A DNA stretch of 23,943 bases, taken from IMG/VR virus record IMGVR_UViG_3300010345_000798; one strand, written 5' to 3'. The notes beneath the pieces are model-generated. The model worked only from the letters and a program-made list of their open reading frames with translations. It made no database searches and was not told where the DNA came from. Made by a program: the position numbers and the translations under genes. The first letter of the stretch is position 1. Each line of letters opens with the position of its first letter. This document shows positions 1 through 7,826 of this stretch, piece after piece. The stretch comes from a virus.

Positions 1-1
1 G

Positions 2-1351
2 CCTGATGGTGCATATCAATCTTCTGGAAGCGTTACGCCGAAGCTTCACAACTTATGCCGATGCGTCGAGGGTGTCAGGGAGATCACGATGATAAAGAAG
101 GTGATAAAGAAGGAGACGAAAGAATCTGAGATCGGATATGCCGCTGTAATTTTTGAATCCAGGGGTCTCAAGCGAAAGGGTGGAATGATACTCTGTCCGA
201 CGGTTCCGTTGGTCGAAGGTGTCTTTGCGGGTAGGGGATTCCCAGTCCTCCGAGAATACTCGGAGTTCTCAAGGGACTCTAAGTGGCTGAACGGTCTCAC
301 AGTCCTCACGAACCATGAAGATCTGACGCCTGCCGCCAGGAGGGTCGGACAGTTGACAGATATCGCCAATCGGCCAGAAGGCAAGAAGGTCACCGCCGTA
401 ACTCAGTTCTTTGAGTCCGACCTCACCCCCCGGGAGGTCGAGGCCATCATGTCCCGTAAGCCTATTCATGGATCGTTGAGATTTGCGTGCGCTCTGGACA
501 TGACGCCAGGGGAGTGGGTTAACAGCAACGGCGAGACGATCCATTATGAGGCGATCGAGCGGGGGCCGTATGTGTTTTATGAGTATTCGATGGTCCCACG
601 CGGCATTGTTACACCAGAAGACGGAGCGGGATTCAATATGGAATGTGGAGCGTGCAAAACACAGTCTGAAGCCGATTTCACCGACAAGCCGTGGGATGGA
701 TCGGCTTCTCGATACAAAGACACCGACGCATATTGTGCTGCGTGCCTGATCGACTTGAACGAGCCTGGAAAAGACAAGATCCAGGCGAACTGTAAGCTCC
801 CAGTCAGAGAACCTGACGGGACCTACAATAAGAACGCTATTCGCAATGCTCTGGCTCGGATTTCTCAGCTAAAAGGAGTACCTGCCAAGGAGCTGGCTGA
901 TGCCAAGAAAAAGCTGGCATCGCTCGCTAAGCAGGCCGGCATCGGCGAATCACAATCATCTGCTCCAGGAGGAGCAACCATGGAAGAAGATCTGATCAAA
1001 GAGATGATAGAAGAGGCTATCAGGCCTCTCAAGGAACAGAACGCTGCCCTGGAGCAGAAGAACGCGGCTCTCGAGGGCGAGGTACAGGCTCTGAAAGAAT
1101 CCCAGAAGGCGGCACAGGATGCTGCAGTCCTGGAATCGTTTGCATCCAAGCTCAAGCCCGGATATACTGAGAAGGCCAAAGAGCTGTTCGAGGCCTACCA
1201 GAAGGATCCGGCTGGTTGGGTAGTCGAGAACGCGGATAAGTTCGTCCAGCCTGGCCAGGAGAGGAGGCTCAAAGGGTCATCCAGTACCGAAGGCGGCCAG
1301 GCATTCGATCTGCAGGCCGAACAGGATAAGCTCTGGGGGAGGGCGATCTAA
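2..1351 (+). CDS. Prohead protease (DUF2213-like) plus C-terminal coiled-coil scaffold; frame is open to the window edge and carries a MuF/SPP1 gp7-like HxxCRC motif upstream of ATG 89 (5'-partial, or starts at 89)
   Basis: No stop in frame 2 from base 2 (PDGAYQSSGSVTPKLHNLCRCVEGVREIT-MIKK...). Protease-like motifs LTNH, HGSL and YSMVPRG...GAGF. C-terminal EQNAALEQKNAALEGEVQALKE coiled coil. Lies directly upstream of cement and capsid genes. AGGGAG at 77-82 could serve ATG 89. Confidence 0.75.
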   Translation, partial: PDGAYQSSGSVTPKLHNLCRCVEGVREITMIKKVIKKETKESEIGYAAVIFESRGLKRKGGMILCPTVPLVEGVFAGRGFPVLREYSEFSRDSKWLNGLTVLTNHEDLTPAARRVGQLTDIANRPEGKKVTAVTQFFESDLTPREVEAIMSRKPIHGSLRFACALDMTPGEWVNSNGETIHYEAIERGPYVFYEYSMVPRGIVTPEDGAGFNMECGACKTQSEADFTDKPWDGSASRYKDTDAYCAACLIDLNEPGKDKIQANCKLPVREPDGTYNKNAIRNALARISQLKGVPAKELADAKKKLASLAKQAGIGESQSSAPGGATMEEDLIKEMIEEAIRPLKEQNAALEQKNAALEGEVQALKESQKAAQDAAVLESFASKLKPGYTEKAKELFEAYQKDPAGWVVENADKFVQPGQERRLKGSSSTEGGQAFDLQAEQDKLWGRAI

Positions 1352-2062
1352 ATGTCAGCGCTCAAAGATACTCTGATAGACGCCGGACCGTGTGGCATAG
1401 ATCCAATGGTCGCAGGCGCAAACATTGGCTTCGGTGTGGCTCTCATCAGGTCCGCTGCCGGTGTTGTGAAGGGAACGAAGGACGACAATTCCGGCGGCGT
1501 GATCGGCTTCTCAGTCCAGCCGGCCAACAACGTGGTCCTGGACTATGACGGCTTCTACGTGGCCAGCAACAAATCTGGCAAGCCTGACGTGGTCCGGGTG
1601 GCCAGGGGCGGAGCCAAGATCAATGCCCTGGTGATTGCCAAAGCCAACACATCGATCCAGGATGGAGACTACCTCGAGTGCGCGCCCCTGGGGAACGCCG
1701 CCAGCTACATCGGCGTCCTGAACGAGGCAGGCTCCAATGCGGGCGAGACGAGGGTCAACACCGCCGTTGCCCAGGCCCTGGAGGAGTGCACTATCACCAG
1801 CTCCAGCTACAAGACGCCAGCCAGTAACGTGGCCATTGGGGACTCTGCAATCACGTTCACTGCCCAGAACCTGGCCCTTCTGAACCTGTCCGAGGGCGAC
1901 TACATCGTGCTCGAGGATGTAAACGGCAATGCCATGCTCAACAGGGTCAAGAGCCTGACATCCACAGTCATAACCCTGGAGCTGCCCTCGACCGTGGCTC
2001 TGACAGTATCTGACAGCGATCTCGTGTACAAGGTCTTCCAGGTGAAGGCCAGGGTCCTTTGA
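1352..2062 (+). CDS. Capsid decoration/cement protein with an extra beta-rich domain
   Basis: Position between scaffold and major capsid. N-terminal AGANIGFGVALIR...VIGFSV pattern typical of cement proteins. Abuts the preceding stop; GC-rich codon usage like the capsid gene. Confidence 0.6.
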   Translation: MSALKDTLIDAGPCGIDPMVAGANIGFGVALIRSAAGVVKGTKDDNSGGVIGFSVQPANNVVLDYDGFYVASNKSGKPDVVRVARGGAKINALVIAKANTSIQDGDYLECAPLGNAASYIGVLNEAGSNAGETRVNTAVAQALEECTITSSSYKTPASNVAIGDSAITFTAQNLALLNLSEGDYIVLEDVNGNAMLNRVKSLTSTVITLELPSTVALTVSDSDLVYKVFQVKARVL

Positions 2063-2068
2063 GGTGAT
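2061..2068 (+). promoter_or_regulatory. Strong archaeal-type ribosome-binding site GAGGTGAT for the major capsid gene
   Basis: GAGGTGAT ends 5 nt before ATG 2074 and is complementary to the 16S rRNA 3' end (AUCACCUC). Confidence 0.75.
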
Positions 2069-2073
2069 TATCA

Positions 2074-3012
2074 ATGGTAGGTGAACTCAATTACGGGGCA
2101 TCAATCCCCCAGGAAGTCCTGCTCAACATGCAGAAGACCATCCTCGTCTTCCAGCAGCGGTTCAAGGACGGCTACATAGGCAGGAGCCTGGTAGAACAGA
2201 GGCCGGGGGTCTCTGCAACAGTCCGAAAGGACATTGTGCGGAAAATCGACAAGACTGCAGCTCAGGATGGCATATCAACCGCCCGGCTGAGCCTCGGCGG
2301 CACCGCTCCTGATGTGGTGGGCAGCAAGGCCAAGGACGTGCTCTTCCCCATCTACAGGATCGACAACGCAATCCTGATGAACGAGGCCGAGCTGCAGCTT
2401 GACCCCACCGCCTGGAATCGGAACGTCAGCATAGCCATGATGGAATGCCAGAGGCGCGAGAACTACACCATCATCAATGGCAACACCACCTTCGGCCTTA
2501 CCGGCCTGGTAGGGGCTGCCACCGCAAACTCTCTTGGCAGCATCGTAGCATCCGGTGGGGACGGCATCATCACAATCAACAACAATGGTGCCTGGGACGG
2601 CTCCGAGACAAGCAAGACGATGGACCCCTACGACGATATCCGGGCCGCCCTGAACTTCATCGATCCGGAGCTGACTGGAACGCTGTTCCTGGCGGGCCGG
2701 CCGGCATACATGAACTACCTGCTCCAGGAGGACGACCTGGGAAAGATCTATTCAGACAAGATCGGCACCAGGATCTTCGGGAAGCAGGCGACGGACCTGT
2801 CCTGGATGATCAGGAGCGACTACTTCCCGGCAGGGTATGTCTACCTGGTGATGAAGAGCATGCAGGCTGCAGAGCTGGTGATCCCGGAGGACTACAACGT
2901 GGATGCCAACTATCCGAGGCAGCCCGGCCAGAACCAGTACGCAGAGATCGGCGGCTGGATCGGCATCGAGATCCATACTAACAACTTCATCGTGCCGATA
3001 GCGATTACCTGA
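2074..3012 (+). CDS. Major capsid protein, HK97 fold (encapsulin/Linocin M18-like)
   Basis: 312 aa. PIYRIDNAI...E...ENYTIING..FGLTGL and AWDG...PYDDIRAA patterns. Strongest RBS in the module; position in the head operon. Confidence 0.85.
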   Translation: MVGELNYGASIPQEVLLNMQKTILVFQQRFKDGYIGRSLVEQRPGVSATVRKDIVRKIDKTAAQDGISTARLSLGGTAPDVVGSKAKDVLFPIYRIDNAILMNEAELQLDPTAWNRNVSIAMMECQRRENYTIINGNTTFGLTGLVGAATANSLGSIVASGGDGIITINNNGAWDGSETSKTMDPYDDIRAALNFIDPELTGTLFLAGRPAYMNYLLQEDDLGKIYSDKIGTRIFGKQATDLSWMIRSDYFPAGYVYLVMKSMQAAELVIPEDYNVDANYPRQPGQNQYAEIGGWIGIEIHTNNFIVPIAIT

Positions 3013-3021
3013 GGCTAGACT

Positions 3022-3396
3022 ATGGCAACAAACAGGCCGAGAAGCCTCCTGAACCGAAGCGCCGGGCTCGGACTAAAGTCCGGCCCGGGCCAGACGTTGG
3101 ATGTGGACGCTGATGAGAAAACCATCAGTACGTCCAGCGGAAAGGTGGCCATCAAGACCGCTGCCCTGAAGCATGTGTTGGCCGACGGCACTGCTGCTGC
3201 AACCGATGTCACTGTCGCCGGCATGGCCGTCGGAGATGAGCTGATCTCGGTTCACTCGCAGGCCACAAAGTCATCCATATCCACCATCACCGACCGCACC
3301 AGCGAGTATACGGTGGGTGCGGAAAAGCTCGTCAAGGCGGCAGGGACCAACGAGACCGGCAACCAGCTTGACATCTGGTACTGGGACCGGACATAG
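3022..3396 (+). CDS. Small virion protein, possible head fibre
   Basis: 124 aa directly after the capsid gene. AGLGL...LDVDADEKTI...GKVAIK resembles fibre-shaft repeats. Confidence 0.45.
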   Translation: MATNRPRSLLNRSAGLGLKSGPGQTLDVDADEKTISTSSGKVAIKTAALKHVLADGTAAATDVTVAGMAVGDELISVHSQATKSSISTITDRTSEYTVGAEKLVKAAGTNETGNQLDIWYWDRT

Positions 3397-3417
3397 AGAT
3401 TTACTTGAGGCCGTCGA

Positions 3418-3810
3418 ATGGCGTTCACCTATACCGGCCCGAACACCGCAGCGGAAAAGGTCCGCTACCATATTCAGGACACAGACAGCGGCCGGCCATT
3501 GCTCACGGACGCAGAGATCGCATATGAGCTGGCTCAGGCCGGAGGCGATGTCTTGCTCGCTGCTCTCGGCTGCGCCAGGACCCTCGTGGCCCGCGGCAGC
3601 CACAAGGTAACAAAGAAGATCGGCGACCGGCAGATCGACTACAGCAACCTCACCGTCCAGTATCAATCTCTGGTAGCCGCCCTGGAAGAAAGGATTTGCA
3701 TGGCTGACATGGCATTCATAACACCGGACGCAAGCGAGAAAACAGCAGACAGCGAATATCCAACAGCACTAGAGCACACAGACTTGGCTGGGCCATATGA
3801 CGATGATTGA
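3418..3810 (+). CDS. Head-tail adaptor (SPP1 gp15-like)
   Basis: VRYHIQDTD...LLTDAEIAYEL...KKIGD pattern; first gene of the neck cluster. Confidence 0.75.
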   Translation: MAFTYTGPNTAAEKVRYHIQDTDSGRPLLTDAEIAYELAQAGGDVLLAALGCARTLVARGSHKVTKKIGDRQIDYSNLTVQYQSLVAALEERICMADMAFITPDASEKTADSEYPTALEHTDLAGPYDDD

Positions 3811-4117
3811 GGACTTCGGCGATGAGATGGCCCAGTCCGTGTCCATCGCTCCCTTTCAGTCGAACGATGGGTATGATGATACATACGGCACAGCGGTCTC
3901 ATACCCCTGCGCCGTCCAGCATAAGGTAAAGAACATCACTACAGCCGATGGAACTGTTGCCGTCAGCACAATGCAGATCTATTTAGACGGTTCGGTGGCT
4001 GTCACTGCCAGAGACAATGTCATCTATAATGGCACGCCGATCCGGGTGCTTGCGGTGGGCATAGATTACGACATAGAGTCGCCGTCTGAAGTGTATTCTA
4101 AAGTTATCTATTCGTGA
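3797..4117 (+). CDS. Head-closure protein (SPP1 gp16-like)
   Basis: 106 aa, beta-rich (YPCAVQ...QIYLD...VTARDNVIYNG..IRVLAV); overlaps the adaptor gene. Confidence 0.7.
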   Translation: MTMIEDFGDEMAQSVSIAPFQSNDGYDDTYGTAVSYPCAVQHKVKNITTADGTVAVSTMQIYLDGSVAVTARDNVIYNGTPIRVLAVGIDYDIESPSEVYSKVIYS

Positions 4118-4124
4118 GGCTCAT

Positions 4125-4262
4125 ATGGACGTCAACTTTTGGGATGAGCTACTGCAGAGCCTTGAGTATGCTGATCTGGAATGGCTCGAGATCCGAATTC
4201 GACGCCGGAAAGCCTCTATGCATCCAGAAAGAACTGCGAGGAGAGCTCTGATCAGAGAATAG
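4125..4262 (+). CDS. Small hypothetical protein (45 aa, not in the ORF track)
   Basis: Hand translation MDVNFWDELLQSLEYADLEWLEIRIRRRKASMHPERTARRALIRE*. GAGG upstream; fills the gap between 4117 and 4276. Confidence 0.55.
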   Translation: MDVNFWDELLQSLEYADLEWLEIRIRRRKASMHPERTARRALIRE

Positions 4263-4275
4263 GGGGGACTGCGAA

Positions 4276-4569
4276 ATGATAGCACTAAACATTGAAATCC
4301 TGATTGATCTGATTGTGATCATCTGCGCGGCAGCAGGCACGTATGGCTATTTCAACCTCAAGAGGAAGGTTACCGAGATATTCACGGATCTCGGGGCTTG
4401 TTGGGGTCTAGTCTATGCGATTTTTGTCGAGTTGGCTGCCGGCAAGCAGATTGAGATGTCGAAGGTCACCGAAACTAAACAGATGCTTGAGGAGACTTGG
4501 ACCGATATCAATGATCTGGCTCCATTTCTTCAAGATATCCTGTCCAAAGTTCCAAAGGCGGTGGTGTGA
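4276..4569 (+). CDS. Small membrane protein, holin-like candidate
   Basis: 97 aa. N-terminal hydrophobic helix (ILIDLIVIICAAAGTYGYF) followed by KRK; second hydrophobic/amphipathic stretch. Confidence 0.5.
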   Translation: MIALNIEILIDLIVIICAAAGTYGYFNLKRKVTEIFTDLGACWGLVYAIFVELAAGKQIEMSKVTETKQMLEETWTDINDLAPFLQDILSKVPKAVV

Positions 4570-4835
4570 TGGTCGGATTCTATGCATTCTGCATCTTAAT
4601 GTTTTGTGGGTTCGTATATCTGGCCAAGAAGTTTAAAGACGTCCGGCCCCAGATGGTATCACTTCAAACCGAGCTTGAGAAAACGCGAAAAGAAAATATC
4701 AGACTACAGAATGAATTGCAGCTAACTCGATCAGAACTTGAGAAAACTAGGTCGGAGCTTGAGAAAACTAGGTCTGAACTTGGAAAGACCAGAGAATCTC
4801 TCGATTCCTGTAAATCGGCTATCGAGAACCGCTAA
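4566..4835 (+). CDS. Membrane-anchored coiled-coil protein
   Basis: N-terminal TM (GFYAFCILMFCGFVYLA), then KKFK and heptad repeats (T/S)ELEKTR; overlaps the previous stop. Confidence 0.7.
   Translation: MMVGFYAFCILMFCGFVYLAKKFKDVRPQMVSLQTELEKTRKENIRLQNELQLTRSELEKTRSELEKTRSELGKTRESLDSCKSAIENR
4731..4793 (+). repeat. Three tandem 21-bp units encoding SELEKTR/SELGKTR heptads (related fourth unit at 4668-4688)
   Basis: tcagaacttgagaaaactagg / tcggagcttgagaaaactagg / tctgaacttggaaagaccaga. Confidence 0.9.
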
Positions 4836-4853
4836 ACTAATCGCGGTGGCAAC

Positions 4854-5618
4854 ATGGAAAATCTTTTTACACCTGATGACATAAAAAAATATTTCTATGC
4901 TTCTTGTATCTTGGCATTCATATGTCTCGTGGCAATGATTTACTTGGTTGCCACCTCCGGTGATGCAAGCATCCTGATGGAGGGCCGGGATACAGGTAGC
5001 GGGACAATAGATGTCGATGTCACCAGTCAGAACCAGGCTGTTAGAATGATGGCTAACAACAGCGAAGGCGTAGACCTGCGTTATACCAAGACCACATCAG
5101 ACGAAAATGAAAAATTATCAGCATCGATGGAGCTTGAAAATGGTGATGGCAGCCGAAAAACCAAATTCGTCGCTACAGGCAAAGGCGAAACCGCGGGATC
5201 GAGAGTCTTTGTAGACCAGATATCAGGAGCTTTCGCTGGGGCCGTTGAGACCTGGAAGGTGTCAGACGAGGATGGCACAACGAGCTTTGATATGACGTTC
5301 AATATCGAGGGCCAGAATAAGGTATGGCATGCGAACTTCTATGCCTTGGATGGTAACGGTAAACCGGCCACTGAAGAATCCATAAGAGGGTTTGGTAACC
5401 TCACCGTCTGGAGGCACTACAACGTCACCGAACCGCCCAAGACGCCGGAGGACTGGCTGTACTTCTGCGCTAGCATGGATCGAGATGTCCATCTGTCCGG
5501 AGAACCCGGTGCGGTCTACATAGCCCCGCCCGGATGGATGCCTGACGAAAATGGTACATTGTGGCGTGATAACACCACGTACTACGATCTTGGAAACAAA
5601 ACAATTCGCGGAGCATGA
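4854..5618 (+). CDS. Membrane-anchored extracellular (glyco)protein of unknown function
   Basis: KK followed by TM helix YFYASCILAFICLVAMIYLVA. Beta-rich ectodomain with six N-X-S/T sequons (NNS, NLT, NVT, NGT, NTT, NKT). ATGA overlap with the next gene. Confidence 0.7.
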   Translation: MENLFTPDDIKKYFYASCILAFICLVAMIYLVATSGDASILMEGRDTGSGTIDVDVTSQNQAVRMMANNSEGVDLRYTKTTSDENEKLSASMELENGDGSRKTKFVATGKGETAGSRVFVDQISGAFAGAVETWKVSDEDGTTSFDMTFNIEGQNKVWHANFYALDGNGKPATEESIRGFGNLTVWRHYNVTEPPKTPEDWLYFCASMDRDVHLSGEPGAVYIAPPGWMPDENGTLWRDNTTYYDLGNKTIRGA

Positions 5619-5968
5619 ATAGAATGCCAAGAGTACAGTGGAATCAGGATCAGATCATTGCCGCAGCCAAGAAAGCAGCCATGGACGGCGCAGAGGAGTG
5701 GGCGCGCGTAGACGTGCTGCCGGCGGCAGATGAGAGCTGCCCCACGGACTCCGGAACGATGAAGGGGACTCACGCTGTCCTGCGGGCAGATGATCAGGTC
5801 GAGATCGGATACGGTGGTGCAGCAGCTCCCTACACCCTCAGACAGCATGAGGACCTCACCCTAAACCACCCATCAGGAAAGGCGAAATGGCTGGAGGACG
5901 CATTTAACGATGCGCAGGGAGCCCTCCAGGATAAGGTGCAGCGGAAGGTGGCCGGAGCATTGAGATGA
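5615..5968 (+). CDS. Neck protein, HK97 gp10-like
   Basis: CPTDSGTMKGT...IGY..AAPY..RQHE..TLNHP.GKAKWLEDA pattern characteristic of this family. Confidence 0.8.
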   Translation: MNRMPRVQWNQDQIIAAAKKAAMDGAEEWARVDVLPAADESCPTDSGTMKGTHAVLRADDQVEIGYGGAAAPYTLRQHEDLTLNHPSGKAKWLEDAFNDAQGALQDKVQRKVAGALR

Positions 5969-6336
5969 CATCCCTCGTAGCCGATATGATCTCAGCGATC
6001 ATCGCGGCTGGATATGCGACATCGTTGGGGACGGACATATTCGCATGGCAGATCAGGCCTTCTCCTCCGGCCCAGATCATGGTGATGCTCACCGGCGGGG
6101 AGCCGCCCCTGGAGTCGGTGGACAGCTCCACACCCCGACCCGGCATACAGGTCTACCTGGTGGACAGGAATCTTGCTGCAGCCGAGACGAAGGCAGAGTC
6201 TATCCGGAACTATTTCAGTCTGAAGAAAAGCACAATCCGGCAGGTAATCCGGGCTGCCAGGTCGACGCCTATCTACCTCGGTCAATTGGATGACGGCCGG
6301 CACAAGTTTGTAGTTGAGTTCAAGGTGTTCGGATAA
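5965..6336 (+). CDS. Tail terminator/completion protein
   Basis: GTDIF...P...TGG.PP...RPGIQV...AETKAESI pattern; last neck gene before the tail tube. Confidence 0.7.
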   Translation: MTSLVADMISAIIAAGYATSLGTDIFAWQIRPSPPAQIMVMLTGGEPPLESVDSSTPRPGIQVYLVDRNLAAAETKAESIRNYFSLKKSTIRQVIRAARSTPIYLGQLDDGRHKFVVEFKVFG

Positions 6337-6464
6337 TGATACCAATAACCTCTCTAACAATCACCGAAGAATAAAATTTTATCAGATTATATTTTCAAAT
6401 AATGGTTTTACATTTTTATCATAAAACAGTTTGGGGCAACCCCCATGCAGGAGATGAGTAAGAA
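6337..6464 (+). promoter_or_regulatory. AT-rich intergenic region, likely promoter/terminator upstream of the tail-tube genes
   Basis: Longest intergenic gap in the viral module. Contains TTATAT and TTTTTAT boxes, T-runs and a GGGG-CAA-CCCC mini-hairpin. Confidence 0.45.
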
Positions 6465-6890
6465 ATGACCAATGCAAATTCTGGAATGTCCGGGTCTCTC
6501 TGGGTATGTGCCACGTCCAACGGCACGTTTGTAAAGCTGGCAGAGGTGTCAGATGCAAAGATTAAGATCGATGGAAAGGAGATCGACACAAGCAACGTCG
6601 ATGATTCCGGCTGGGGATCGTCCATCATGGGAGCGGGCAGTTGGGAGGTTACCGTCACAAACAACCTGATCCTGACAGACTCCGCCTATGGCATCATCAA
6701 GACCGCACTGCTGGGGAGAAGCGTCATGTACGTCAAGATCCTACAGAGCGGCACTCCACTCTCCAGCCCAAAGGGCTTTTCTGGTGCGTGCTATGTGATG
6801 TCGGGCAGCTATACGCTCGCGGGGACAAACACCCAGCAGAAGGTAGACTTCACCCTGAAGGGCTCCGGCGCTCTCTCTGAGCTGCCTTGA
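6465..6890 (+). CDS. Major tail tube protein (TP901-1-like family)
   Basis: 141 aa. EIDTSNVDDSGW.SSIMG.GSWEVT and FTLKGSGALS motifs. Confidence 0.85.
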   Translation: MTNANSGMSGSLWVCATSNGTFVKLAEVSDAKIKIDGKEIDTSNVDDSGWGSSIMGAGSWEVTVTNNLILTDSAYGIIKTALLGRSVMYVKILQSGTPLSSPKGFSGACYVMSGSYTLAGTNTQQKVDFTLKGSGALSELP

Positions 6891-6899
6891 GGCCGGATC

Positions 6900-7826
6900 A
6901 TGACATCTTCAGTGAGCGGCCTCTCAGCCGCTCTTTTTCGGGATGAATCTAGGCCCTATGTCGTGATCGAACAGACCGGAAACAAAGGCTGCTGTTTCGT
7001 GGCCCTGCAGACCAGCCCGATGCCAGCCATCAAGATAGTGGTCGCGGGGAACAACACACCACTGTCTGTATCTGTGGCGAGCAATGTGGTTACGGTCAAC
7101 AGCGCCACAAACGCGAGTGGCATAGCCACAAGCACCACCCTGCAAATCATAAATGCTGTAAATGCAGATGCATCCGCAAAACTGCTGTTCCTCGGCAGGC
7201 TGTCTCCCGGGTCGGATGGGTCTGGCGTGCCTGGAGCCTTCACGCAAACCACTGCAGCATATGGTGTGGCATTCACAGGCATTACGCTAGTCGACTCCGG
7301 CGATCATCTGACCTATCAGGCAGCTGCAGGAAGCCGCTACTGGGATGAAACCAAACCTCTTACCATCTACAGTGACGGCTCACCAGTGACCTCCGGCTTC
7401 ACAGTAAGCTACTTGAATGGCTCGGTGACGTTCAGCTCATCGATGTCAGGACACACGATCACCGCTACTGGAACCAGGCGGTCAGAGTATGCCTTGCAGA
7501 AGGTCATGGGCCTGTTCGATGGCAAGATCAAGATCGACGGCAAGGAGATCGACACCACAAGCTGCGACGACGCAGGATGGGCAAGCTCCATTATAGGCAA
7601 TGCATCCTGGGAGCTGACTGCCTCGCACTACTACTACAATGGCGACGTGCCTCTCACCGAGTTCAAGCAGCCTTCTCTGTGGAAGTTCTACGCTGTAGGA
7701 TGCACCACTCCATTCGCTATCGGGAAGGGAGTTCTACAGAGCATCGAGAATATCCTGGCAGCCGTGAACGATGCCCAGAAACAGAACCTGACCGTGAAGG
7801 GCCAGGGCGAGATCTACCTGGAGTAG
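6900..7826 (+). CDS. Second tail-tube paralogue with a ~180-aa insertion
   Basis: Shares KIKIDGKEIDT..DD.GW.SSI.G..SWE.T, the N-terminal MT..SG.S..L and the terminal L(T/K).KG.G with 6465..6890. Confidence 0.8.
   Translation: MTSSVSGLSAALFRDESRPYVVIEQTGNKGCCFVALQTSPMPAIKIVVAGNNTPLSVSVASNVVTVNSATNASGIATSTTLQIINAVNADASAKLLFLGRLSPGSDGSGVPGAFTQTTAAYGVAFTGITLVDSGDHLTYQAAAGSRYWDETKPLTIYSDGSPVTSGFTVSYLNGSVTFSSSMSGHTITATGTRRSEYALQKVMGLFDGKIKIDGKEIDTTSCDDAGWASSIIGNASWELTASHYYYNGDVPLTEFKQPSLWKFYAVGCTTPFAIGKGVLQSIENILAAVNDAQKQNLTVKGQGEIYLE

Noticed and set aside
89-112. Short direct repeats (gataaagaagg x2 here; gctatga x2 at the TMP stop)
   Set aside because: Short and explained by the encoded IKK duplication or stop/start juxtaposition.
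4566-4835. Rz-like inner spanin call for the TM coiled-coil protein
   Set aside because: Basic residues follow the TM (coil probably cytoplasmic), no lipoprotein partner is visible, and the inferred host has no outer membrane.
6900-7826. Contractile tail sheath gene
   Set aside because: Only the inserted module is sheath-like; the core is a tube paralogue and no sheath or wedge genes are present.
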